Notes: generated by a model from the sequence alone, not told the origin. 64,000 nt of DNA from an uncultured Solirubrobacterales bacterium (GCA_963844395.1 CAWJNX010000001.1:857252-921251); one strand, 5' to 3'; positions 44,673-53,006 are shown, counted from the first letter of the stretch. Made by a program: numbers and translations.

Positions 44673-45890
44673 ATGGCGACCGCGACGACCAACGGCTCGA
44701 AAGTCATCAAGCCCGACCACGAGTCGGGCGGCAAGCACTTCATCTTCAGCCAGGAGCACGAAGACCTGCGCGAGTCGATCCAGGCCTGGGTCAAGAAAGA
44801 GCTGTGGCCCCACCGCAACGAGTGGGAGGACACCTACTGGCCGACCGAGAAGATGAAGCGAGCCGGCGAGCTGGGCTTCCTCGGCCTCTGCTTCCCCGAG
44901 GAGTACGGCGGCCAGGGCGGCGACTACTACTACTCGCTGGTCCGCGCCGAGTGCATGAGCTACTCCGGCTCCGGCGGGACCAACATGGGCTTCGCCGTGC
45001 AGAGCGACATGGTCCTGCCGCCGATCCACCTGCTTGGCAGCGAGGAGCAGAAACAGCGCTACCTGGTGCCCGGGATCAAGGGCGAGAAGGTCGGCTGCCT
45101 CGGGATCACCGAGCCCGGCGCCGGTTCTGACGTCGCCGGCATCCGCACCACGGCGATCCGCGACGGCGACGAGTACGTGATCAACGGCTCCAAGACCTTC
45201 ATCACCAACGGCCCCCGCGCCGACTTCATTGTCCTCGTCGCCAAGACCGATCCCGAGGAGCGGCATGCCGGCATCACCCTCTTCGTCATCGACCTGCGCG
45301 ACGAGAACGGCGAGAAGGTGCCGGGCTTCAGCGTCTCCGCCGAGCTGGAGAAGATGGGCATGCACGCCTCCGACACCGGCGAGCTGGCCTTCGAAGACGT
45401 CCGCGTCCCGGCCGACTCGGTGCTGGGCGAGGTCGGCAAAGGCTTCTACCACATCGCCTGGGAGCTCCAGGGCGAGCGTCTCGTCGCAGCCGCCGGATCC
45501 CACGCCGGCTGCGAGCGGATGATCGAGAAGACCCTCGAGTACGCGAAGGAACGGGAAGCCTTCGGCCGTCCGATCGGCAAGTTCCAGGCGATCCGCCACA
45601 AGTTCGCCGAGATGGCGACCAAGACCGAGGCGGCGAAGCAGTTCACCTACGCGACCGCCTGGCGCTTCGCCAACGGCGAGTACCCCGTGCGCGAGATCAC
45701 GATGGCCAAGCTCTTCGCCTCGCGGGTCGGCTGCGAGGTCGCCGACGAGTGCATCCAGATCCTCGGCGGCTACGGCTACATGAAGGAGTACGAGATCGAG
45801 CGCGCCTACCGCGACGTTCGCCTCAACCGGATCGGCGCCGGCACCGACGAGGTCATGCTCGACGTGATCGGCCGCAGCTACGGGCTGTAG
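44673..45890 (+). CDS. Acyl-CoA dehydrogenase
   Basis: The ATG at 44673 follows gaggagag. It has ...GCLGITEPGAGSDVAGIRT... and ...QILGGYGYMKEYEIERAYRD. Confidence 0.9.
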   Translation: MATATTNGSKVIKPDHESGGKHFIFSQEHEDLRESIQAWVKKELWPHRNEWEDTYWPTEKMKRAGELGFLGLCFPEEYGGQGGDYYYSLVRAECMSYSGSGGTNMGFAVQSDMVLPPIHLLGSEEQKQRYLVPGIKGEKVGCLGITEPGAGSDVAGIRTTAIRDGDEYVINGSKTFITNGPRADFIVLVAKTDPEERHAGITLFVIDLRDENGEKVPGFSVSAELEKMGMHASDTGELAFEDVRVPADSVLGEVGKGFYHIAWELQGERLVAAAGSHAGCERMIEKTLEYAKEREAFGRPIGKFQAIRHKFAEMATKTEAAKQFTYATAWRFANGEYPVREITMAKLFASRVGCEVADECIQILGGYGYMKEYEIERAYRDVRLNRIGAGTDEVMLDVIGRSYGL

Positions 45891-45912
45891 GAAAGGGTCG
45901 AGTCCGTCCCCC

Positions 45913-46401
45913 GTGTCGCACGTGGACCACATCCGCTCCTACTACGCGGCGCTGAACACGGGCGATGCCGAGGCAGTCGCCTCTCACTTCACCGAGGACG
46001 CGGTCCATTACTACACGCGGCTCGGGCCGCACGATGGCGCCGAGACGATCGGCAGCTATGCCGCCCTGGCTGTGGAGAGCATCGACGGGCAGTGGTACGT
46101 CGAGAACGCGATCGAGCAGGGCGACCAGGTCACCATCGAGTGGACGATGACCTGGCGCCATCCAGAGAGCGGCGAGCGACGGCTCGACCGTGGCACCGAG
46201 TGGTTCCTCATCCGCGACGGCAAGATCGCCGAGGTGCGCGCCTACCACCACGGCGGCAAGAAGAACCCGCAGGGTGACCTGCTGGGCTTCGACCACAAGG
46301 GGCGCGGCTACACGATGCTCGAGAAATGGAAGGCGCCGACCGGCCGCACTCGCAGCGGCGCGGGTGACGGTGCAGAGAACGTGCGAGGGGTCGAGGCTTG
46401 A
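45913..46401 (+). CDS. SnoaL/NTF2-like fold protein
   Basis: ...IRSYYAALNTGDAEAVASHFTEDAVHYY...GTEWFLIRDGKIAEVRAYH has the typical SnoaL-like pattern. Confidence 0.7.
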   Translation: MSHVDHIRSYYAALNTGDAEAVASHFTEDAVHYYTRLGPHDGAETIGSYAALAVESIDGQWYVENAIEQGDQVTIEWTMTWRHPESGERRLDRGTEWFLIRDGKIAEVRAYHHGGKKNPQGDLLGFDHKGRGYTMLEKWKAPTGRTRSGAGDGAENVRGVEA

Positions 46402-47576
46402 CGGTCGTCAAGGACAGTGGGCAGCGCGCCACCCTGCCGCCCTTCAACGAGGAGCACGAGGAGCTTCGCGAGACGGTGAGCCGCTTCGTCGCCAGGGAGA
46501 TCGCGCCCAACGTCAACGAGTGGGAGGCGGCGCGCGAATTCCCCCGCGAGCTGTATGGGCGCTGCGCCGAGGTCGGCTTCCTGGGCCTCAAGTTCCCCGA
46601 GGAGTACGGCGGCCAGGGCGGCACCCACCTGCACGACGCGGTATGGGTCGAGGAGCTGGCCCGCTCGGGCGGCTCGGGCGGCGTCGCCGCCGGCCTCAAT
46701 GCCCACACCTCGATCGCGCTGCCGCCGATCTTCAACTTCGGCACCGAGGAGCAGAGGCAGCGCTGGCTGGTGCCCGGGATCGCCGGCGAGAAGATCGGCG
46801 CGCTGGGGATCACCGAGCCGGGCGCCGGCTCCGACGTCGCCGGCATCTCCACCTTCGCCAAGCGGGTCGACGGCGGCTACGTCGTCAACGGCTCGAAGAC
46901 CTTCATCACCAACGGCGTCCGCGCCGACTTCCTCGTCTGCGCCTGCAAGACGACCCAGGAGGGCAGCCACCACGGCATCTCCTTCCTCGTCCTCGAGCGC
47001 GAGATGCCCGGCTACGAGGTGGCGCAGAAGCTGGAGAAGATGGGCTGGCACTCCTCCGACACGGGGGAGCTCGCTTTCACCGATGTAGAGGTCCCGGCCG
47101 AGAACTTGCTCGGGGTGGAGAACGAGGGCTTCAAGCAGATCATGGCCAACTTCGCCTGGGAGCGGCTGCTGATGGCGATCGGCGCGGTCGGCGCGATGCA
47201 GCGCCTGATCGAGATCAGCGTCTCCTACGCCCTCGACCGCGAAGCCTTCGGCCGCCCGATCGGCAAGTTCCAGGCGATCCGCCACCAGGTGGCGGAGATG
47301 GCGACCAAGGCCGAGGCCGCCCGCGCCCTCACCTACAACTCCCTGCGCCTCTTTCACGAGGGTCACGACTGCATCCGCGAGGTCACGATGGCCAAGCTCG
47401 TAACCCAGCGCGCCGTCCTGGAGATAGCCGACCAATCCCTACAGATCCACGGCGGCTACGGCTACATGCGTGAGTACGGCATAGAGCGAGCCGTCCGCGA
47501 CGCCCGCCTAGGCCCAATAGGCGGCGGCACCGACGAGATCATGAAGGAGATCCTCGGCAAGCAGATGGGGTTGTAG
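46398..47576 (+). CDS. Acyl-CoA dehydrogenase (its last 12 codons lie inside the attL repeat)
   Basis: It has ...GALGITEPGAGSDVAGIST... and ...QIHGGYGYMREYGIERAVRD...MKEILGKQMGL*. Confidence 0.9.
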   Translation: MTVVKDSGQRATLPPFNEEHEELRETVSRFVAREIAPNVNEWEAAREFPRELYGRCAEVGFLGLKFPEEYGGQGGTHLHDAVWVEELARSGGSGGVAAGLNAHTSIALPPIFNFGTEEQRQRWLVPGIAGEKIGALGITEPGAGSDVAGISTFAKRVDGGYVVNGSKTFITNGVRADFLVCACKTTQEGSHHGISFLVLEREMPGYEVAQKLEKMGWHSSDTGELAFTDVEVPAENLLGVENEGFKQIMANFAWERLLMAIGAVGAMQRLIEISVSYALDREAFGRPIGKFQAIRHQVAEMATKAEAARALTYNSLRLFHEGHDCIREVTMAKLVTQRAVLEIADQSLQIHGGYGYMREYGIERAVRDARLGPIGGGTDEIMKEILGKQMGL

Positions 47577-47584
47577 GGATTAGC
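47539..47584. repeat. attL core (46 bp)
   Basis: It is an exact duplicate of 53007-53052. It contains the ACAD codons MKEILGKQMGL plus the stop. Confidence 0.85.
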
Positions 47585-47621
47585 AGGGGTTTCCTGCGAA
47601 TCCTCCGCCTCGTCTGAGGCA

Positions 47622-47644
47622 GGCGGACACGATTCGGACACATC
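47622..47644. repeat. Candidate integrase arm-type site (left)
   Basis: ggcggacacgattcggacacatc matches tgcagacacaatccggacacatc at 52869-52891 at 19 of 23 positions, in the same orientation. Confidence 0.4.
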
Positions 47645-48755
47645 GCGCCGCGCCTGCTCGATCTGATCCTCGGCAGACACGCGCTCGGCGATGTCGAACT
47701 CATCGAAGACGTGTGCGTAGACGTCGAGCGTCATGGTCGGCGAGTGCCCGGCCTGCCGCGCGACCTCGACCACGCTGCGGCCTTCGTGGATCAGGAGCGA
47801 AACGAAGCTGTGGCGCAGGTCGTACGGGCGAGCCCCCTCCAAGCCGACGGCGCGACAGGCGGGTGCCCAGGCGTCACGGTGCCAGGTCTGCCAGGCCGGG
47901 TCGTTCCAGACGCCGCCTGAGCCGTTCGGGAACAGGAGCGCGCCATCGTCGGCCTGGTCAAGCGAGCGCCGCCACCCGGATAGGTCGTCGGCCAGCGGGG
48001 CCAGCAGGCGAACCGTCCGCGCCTGACCGGTCTTGGTCGTCTTGACGCCGCCCTGGCCGTCAGCGGCCTTCTCGACCAACAGCGTCCGCTCGCGCACATC
48101 GCCCCAGCGCAGCGCAAGCGCCTCCTGGGGGCGCAGCCCGGCGTAGGCGAGCAATCCGGACCAGCGCCGCATCCCGAGCGCCGTGCTTGCGCCTCTTGGC
48201 GGCGACAGCGCGCAGCTGCTCCACGGTAAGCGGCGACAGCGGTCGCACCTCTCGCTGCCTTCGGACCTTCGGCTTCTGCACTGCCTTGACCGGGTTGTGG
48301 CCGATCCGCCGCCACTCGACCGCTCGCCGCAGCACGCCCTGGAGAAGCGCAAGCGCCCGGTAGATGGTCGGCTGCCCCACCCCATCGGCTTCCAGCTCGG
48401 CCCGGAAGCGCTCGACAACCTCCGGCGTGATCGCGCTGAGGCGCATCGAGCCGAGCCGCGGCAAGACGTGTCGATCCCAAAGGCCCGCGTAGCTGCGAAG
48501 AGTGCGCGCCGCAAGGTTGGGAACCGCGTAGAGCTTCCACCACTCCTGCGCGAAGTCGGTGAGCGTTTCCCGCCCGCCCGTAAGCAAGTCCAGGTCACCG
48601 GTGCGCTTGCGCCGCACGACCTCGGCATCGAAGGCATCCGCGTCGCGCTTGCGGCCGACCACTTTCGAGCGAGCCCGCCCCTGCTCGTCGCGCCAGCGCA
48701 CCCGCCAAACGGCCCCGCCCTTCCGCTCAACCCGTTCGACGCTCATCCACCCCGC

Positions 48756-49040
48756 CTAGCCTTCCGCGCTCTCATCGAGCAGGACGCGCAGGCTGCCCTG
48801 CGCCCCAGCGGTTCGACCCCGAGATCGCCGAGGTGTTGACGGATCTGCTCCCCGCGTTTCCTCGGCGATCCACCGCTCCAGCTCTGCCGGATGCACGCGA
48901 AGCCGATGACAGAGTCGCGCCGCCCGCAGCTCTCCCCGAGCAATCGCCCGGTAGACCGCCCGACGCGAAAGCCCGCAAGCGCGGGCAACGTCCTCCGGCG
49001 ACAACATGGGCTCGATCTCGATGTGGTTCTCGTCGCGCAT
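48756..49040 (-). CDS. Excisionase-family / MerR-like HTH DNA-binding protein
   Basis: It has ...MLSPEDVARACGLSRRAVYRAIARGELRAARLCHRLRVHPAELERWI.... It lies 9 nt upstream of the integrase start. Alternative starts are at 49007, 49064 and 49133. Confidence 0.7.
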   Translation of the reverse strand: MRDENHIEIEPMLSPEDVARACGLSRRAVYRAIARGELRAARLCHRLRVHPAELERWIAEETRGADPSTPRRSRGRTAGAQGSLRVLLDESAEG

Positions 49041-49396
49041 TTCCTCTGCACCCCACCTGTCCATTGAGAGCGCCAAATGCATCGGCTCGGACACGAAATC
49101 GACCGACCGCCAGCGAGATCGCCGCGCGGCCATACAGGCGGCCGCCGCACGGCGAAGCCGTGCCAAAATCGGCCGCCAGCCGTCCGGCGAAAAAGAGCCG
49201 CCCCAGGCGTCAAACCGGAGGGTTCCCAGTGTGTCGTGCTGTTGAGTGCGGGTTACAGGGACGCTTTGAGAGGTCCACGGCAGGCTCTCGGGTGCCTTGG
49301 TCGAGTCTTGCTCTGATGCTTTTCTGGTTTGAACTTGGGCTGGGCGATCTGGATTGCTTCTGCTTGGTTGCTGCTGATGGTTTCTGGCATCGCCTC

Positions 49397-49690
49397 TCAT
49401 TGCCTCGCCTCGGGCCGAGGCGGGAGCGTGAACGCTCCGGCCTGAGTGCTGCCGGCCTTCCAGACGATCCCGTCCAGCAGATCGCAAGGCGAGACTTCCA
49501 GGGCACCGGCGAGTTTGATCAGCGTGTCGATTCGGGGCACGCGAGTTCCCCGCTCCAGCAAGCTGATCTCCGTGCGATGGAGAGAGGCGCGGATGCCAAG
49601 CTCCTCCTGGCTGAGACTGGCTCGTTCTCGCGTATGGACGAGATTTGCAGCGAAACGTCGAGCCACCTCCATGGTCATTTGTCTCTCCAC
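49397..49690 (-). CDS. Xre (Cro/CI)-family HTH regulator
   Basis: It has ...LVHTRERASLSQEELGIRASLHRTEISLLERGTRVPRIDTLIKLAGAL. Confidence 0.85.
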   Translation of the reverse strand: MERQMTMEVARRFAANLVHTRERASLSQEELGIRASLHRTEISLLERGTRVPRIDTLIKLAGALEVSPCDLLDGIVWKAGSTQAGAFTLPPRPEARQ

Positions 49691-49971
49691 AGCCGCTCGA
49701 AATAGACCGCGGAGCGCGTCGGCATGACGAGGACTCCATTACTGCGCAGAAGGCCGACGGCCGTGAGGTCCCGCACGGCACGGGCGAGCGCATCGCCTTC
49801 CGCGAAGTCCTCGGGGTCCTCACAGACCTCGGCGGCAAGCTCGGGGAACGTGAGGTGGATCGGATGCAGCGAGAGGACGTGCCGTAGAACGGCGCGCTCG
49901 GTCCGTTCGTCTTCTTGGGCTGGGGTAAGCGGATCGCCTGAGCCGCGATCCGTAGGCTGGGAACAGGACAT
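49675..49971 (-). CDS. Hypothetical winged-helix-like protein co-transcribed with the Xre regulator
   Basis: 98 aa. ...ERAVLRHVLSLHPIHLTFPELAAEV...ARAVRDLTAVGLLRSNGVLVMPTRSAV. It overlaps the downstream xre by 16 nt. Confidence 0.6.
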   Translation of the reverse strand: MSCSQPTDRGSGDPLTPAQEDERTERAVLRHVLSLHPIHLTFPELAAEVCEDPEDFAEGDALARAVRDLTAVGLLRSNGVLVMPTRSAVYFERLWRDK

Positions 49972-50225
49972 GGGAGCTGAACCCCCTGCGTCTCAGGCGG
50001 CCCGTCGTGTTTGCGCACGGCGGGTCGCCGCTTCTTGGAGCCGGCAGGTCGATACCGTTCCCGCTGCGGCCGGCCTGGTGAGAGCTATGCCGGTCGCCAC
50101 GGGGCCGGTGTTCACGCACGCGGCCCCACTTATGTCCCGCAGAGCCTAGCAAAGCCTGCGTACATGTTTGTAGAGCGATGTATGCAGCAGCCTTTAGCGC
50201 TGACGCTTCTGAGAACGTGCAGCCG

Positions 50226-50462
50226 ATGCGCCGCTCAGAGCGACCTCAACCTGCCCTTGGCGAGGCCGTTCGCCAGCTTCGTGAGAAGCGCGGCGCAACC
50301 CAGGAGGCCATCGCCCGCGACGCCGGCATCACGACCGCCACCCTCTCCCTGATCGAGCGCGGCCAGGCCAACCCGACCTGGGACACCATGAAGAAGATCG
50401 CCGCCTCTCTCGGCTCCTCCATGGGAGAGCTAGGCAAGCTCACTGATGGCCTCGAGAACTGA
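50226..50462 (+). CDS. Xre-family HTH regulator (divergent partner of 49397-49971)
   Basis: The internal ATG gives MRRSERPQPALGEAVRQLREKRGATQEAIARDAGITTATLSLIERGQANPTWDTMKKIAASLG. Confidence 0.8.
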   Translation: MRRSERPQPALGEAVRQLREKRGATQEAIARDAGITTATLSLIERGQANPTWDTMKKIAASLGSSMGELGKLTDGLEN

Positions 50463-50565
50463 GCGGACCGCTGGTGGGAGTACGAGCGGGTAGGCCAGAT
50501 TTGGGAAAGGAGGCGGAATCATTTGGTTCCGCCGCGACATCGGTCAAGATACGTATGGGATTTCG

Positions 50566-51063
50566 ATGGATGAGAAAACTTTCAAAGAACTAGCCGGCCG
50601 CTTGAAAAAGGCGAGCGTTGTGATCGAGAAGCTCGACCCGGTTATCCGAGAGGACGCGTGGAAGATGTTGCGCCCATTTGTCAGACCCGACGCGAAGGAT
50701 TCAGGGTCGATCCGCTCGGAGAACGGAGGCGCTGGCGGCGAAGGACCTCCGCCGCCGGATTCGAGCGAGGACGACTTGATCGAGAAGTTCGAGAGCGAGA
50801 AAGAGGCGGAGAACCTTTATCTGACCCTCGCCATTCTCTACAAGCGTCATGGAAAGGGGCCATTCTCTCTGGACGTGATCCGCGCCGCAGGGACGTCACT
50901 CAATCTTTCGCTGCCTGAGCGGCCCGACACGACCCTAAGGAACAGCACGAGAAAAGTCGTGCGTAAACAGGGGAACGGCTACAAGGTTCAGCCTGGTGGC
51001 GAAAAGTGGCTCAAAGAGAAATATGGAGTCGCTAAGGGCAAGCAGCCTATCTCGGATGACTAG
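50566..51063 (+). CDS. Hypothetical protein P1: N-terminal helical segment, Gly/Pro/acidic linker, wHTH-like C-terminus
   Basis: 165 aa and A/T-richer than the surroundings. The C-terminus LYLTLAILYKRHGKGPFSLDVIRAAG...VVRKQGNGYKVQPGGEKWL resembles the N-terminus of P2. Confidence 0.65.
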   Translation: MDEKTFKELAGRLKKASVVIEKLDPVIREDAWKMLRPFVRPDAKDSGSIRSENGGAGGEGPPPPDSSEDDLIEKFESEKEAENLYLTLAILYKRHGKGPFSLDVIRAAGTSLNLSLPERPDTTLRNSTRKVVRKQGNGYKVQPGGEKWLKEKYGVAKGKQPISDD

Positions 51064-51797
51064 TGACGCTTGCGGAGTTCTTGCATCCGACGCGGCGTAG
51101 CTCGAAGCGAGAGCAGATTCTTGCCACGCTCTTTTACTTCAAACATCATGCTGGCCGAGATGACGCGACTGTCCGCGAAATTCGAGAGGGCTTGGTCCAA
51201 GCGAATATCCCTCGCTCTCGCAAAGCAAACTTGAGCGACGCCTTGGCTGGTGCAATCCCGCTTGTAGACAAATTGGGCGGTGGGCATTGGCGGATCACCA
51301 AAAGCGGTGAAGATCATGTCCGCGAGGAGCTGGCCCTTCCGGACGAACTGCCGCAAGTTCAAGAGGACGTAAGCACGCTGCTGCATTTGTCCCGCTCACT
51401 CGCCGACGAAACGGTGCAAGAGTATGTAGATGAGGCAATTAAATGCCTTCAGGCCGGAGCCAGACGTGCTGCCGTCGTATTCCTATGGAGCGGCGCGGTT
51501 CATGAGATGCGTGAGCGCGTATGGAACAACGGCAAGCGACAGATTGAGGAAGCCCTTCAGCAGCGGAATCCGAAGGCTCGATTCCGACGGAAGGACGACT
51601 TTTCAGTCGTGAAGGACAGCGCCCTCATTGAGCTCACCGGCGATTTTTCGATTTTCGACAAGTCGCAGAGGAAGCGATTGGCTGAGGGTCTCGACCTCCG
51701 AAACGATTGTGGGCATCCGGTGAAGTATCGGCCTCGTGAGAAGAAGGTATCGAGCTTCATCGAGGACGTTCTGCAGGTGGTGTTTGACGCAACCTGA
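51063..51797 (+). CDS. Hypothetical protein P2: wHTH N-terminal domain + HEPN-like C-terminal domain (R213-NDCG-H218)
   Basis: The GTG start overlaps the P1 stop (TAGTG). The C-terminal half is ...AIKCLQAGARRAAVVFLWSGAVHEM...LAEGLDLRNDCGHP..., a helical bundle with an Rx4H motif at nt 51699-51716. Confidence 0.65.
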   Translation: MTLAEFLHPTRRSSKREQILATLFYFKHHAGRDDATVREIREGLVQANIPRSRKANLSDALAGAIPLVDKLGGGHWRITKSGEDHVREELALPDELPQVQEDVSTLLHLSRSLADETVQEYVDEAIKCLQAGARRAAVVFLWSGAVHEMRERVWNNGKRQIEEALQQRNPKARFRRKDDFSVVKDSALIELTGDFSIFDKSQRKRLAEGLDLRNDCGHPVKYRPREKKVSSFIEDVLQVVFDAT

Positions 51798-51836
51798 GGG
51801 AACTTGCTTGACAGAGAAACGAGGCGGGGCCGGCGT

Positions 51837-52007
51837 TTAGCCGGACCCGTTGGTCCTCTGGCCGAGCCTCGTGACGTCGCTCGCCTGGCCCTCGCGGAGA
51901 CGACGCTTAACGCGCTTGGCGTACTCCTCCGGGGAAATCTCCTCCCGGAGCAGGCGGAGATACTCCTCGGAGGGGCCGGTGGGTACTGCGCCGCCGTTCG
52001 TTGCCAT
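51837..52007 (-). CDS. Small basic helical protein downstream of the GAF gene (hypothetical)
   Basis: The sequence is MATNGGAVPTGPSEEYLRLLREEISPEEYAKRVKRRLREGQASDVTRLGQRTNGSG. It lies 48 nt after the GAF gene stop on the same strand. Confidence 0.35.
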   Translation of the reverse strand: MATNGGAVPTGPSEEYLRLLREEISPEEYAKRVKRRLREGQASDVTRLGQRTNGSG

Positions 52008-52055
52008 TGTCCTTCGCCTTTCCGTTCCTGGTCTCGCCATAAGGACCTCCAGAGT

Positions 52056-52814
52056 CTAGTGCTCGCCCCCGTCGTCATCTGATGTCGGCCTCGCCAAGCT
52101 CCAGACGACGCCGATTATCGAGCCGAGAACGTCGATGTACATCAGCTCTGATGGGAGAAACGCGTGCTTCTTCGTAGACAGAACGCTCAAGATCGCGACG
52201 ATCTCGCTCCCCACCCGCACCGGCGCGCATGCCAGAGAGCCATACTCCCGGCCGGGGCGTGCCTGCGGATGGGGTGTCCACCGCGGGTCTGCCTCGACGT
52301 CGTTCGTCCATAGCATCTCGCCGCCGACGAGCACGTGACCAGCGAAGGAACCTGTAGTCGGAAGCTCGAACTTTTGGCGGGCCTCCAGCGAATGTCCAGC
52401 CTCGAACAACATCGAGAAGCGGCCGCCTTCAGGCAGGAGCACCGAGAGCCGGATCTCCTCTCCTTTGCGCTTGGGCGCCACGAGCCACTGTCGGGCGGGA
52501 ACGAGAATCCCCCGCTCGATGAATGCCTCGGCGCTGACGCCGGGGATATCGCCGGTGACGATCTTCTGGAGCGCTTCGAGAATCTCGCGGACATGGTCAA
52601 CGTAGAACGGCTCAAGGTTCTCTCCGGCCTCCGCGATCCTGCCGGCAATGAATGCGACTGGGAGGAAAATAGCCACGGCGATAAGAACCCAAAGGGGAAC
52701 TGGCGCATCGAGGATGCCGGTAGCGAGAGATAGCAGCGTGATGACGCCACCGACAATCAGAGCCAGGATCACACCCCGGGCGATCTCACTAGGCGATGGA
52801 AGCACGGACGGCAT
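52056..52814 (-). CDS. Membrane-anchored GAF-domain protein (2 TM + GAF, no output domain)
   Basis: The N-terminus has GVILALIVGGVITLLSL / LWVLIAVAIFLPVAFIAG. A GAF-like fold follows: ...SFAGHVLVGGEMLWTNDVEADPRW...GSLACAPVRVGSEIVAILSVLS. Confidence 0.7.
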   Translation of the reverse strand: MPSVLPSPSEIARGVILALIVGGVITLLSLATGILDAPVPLWVLIAVAIFLPVAFIAGRIAEAGENLEPFYVDHVREILEALQKIVTGDIPGVSAEAFIERGILVPARQWLVAPKRKGEEIRLSVLLPEGGRFSMLFEAGHSLEARQKFELPTTGSFAGHVLVGGEMLWTNDVEADPRWTPHPQARPGREYGSLACAPVRVGSEIVAILSVLSTKKHAFLPSELMYIDVLGSIIGVVWSLARPTSDDDGGEH

Positions 52815-52868
52815 GACCGGTGATCCTAGTCCTGGGCTCGGCGTTCACCAGAGGCTGCCAACCTCAGA

Positions 52869-52891
52869 TGCAGACACAATCCGGACACATC
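52869..52891. repeat. Candidate integrase arm-type site (right)
   Basis: See 47622-47644. It lies 116 bp inside attR. Confidence 0.4.
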
Positions 52892-53006
52892 AGCCGGGTC
52901 GCCTGCGATCACGCCCGATCATCCGTCTCGCCCTCAAACAAGCTCATTTGCGGGGAGTCCTCGTCCTCGGATGATCCGGCGTGCCCTCCCGTGCCATGCT
53001 CGGGGC

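Larger units (their letters stand above)
47462..48746 (-). pseudogene. Tyrosine recombinase/integrase with a 1-nt insertion near 48156-48162; its ORF tail crosses attL
   Basis: Frame A (from 48746) reads MSVERVERKGGAVWRVRWRDEQG...SPLTVEQLRAVAAKRRKHGARDAALV. Frame B reads LLAYAGLRPQEALALRWGDV...ARPYDLRHSFVSLL...GHSPTMTLDVYAHVF. Deleting one C of GTCCGG joins them. Confidence 0.85.

Noticed and set aside
49041-49396. A 356-bp gene-free, A/T-richer gap inside the island, with a possible 46-codon ORF (MPETISSNQAEAIQIAQPKF...) right after the Xre stop.
   Set aside because: There is no SD, the composition is low-complexity, and I can claim no conservation. It is more likely a regulatory or arm region. 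It is worth RNA-seq but is not reportable as a gene.
48756-50018. A 420-aa ORF spans the xis region and beyond.
   Set aside because: Only the last ~94 codons have a recognisable HTH. The rest runs antisense or out of frame through the Xre and wHTH genes.
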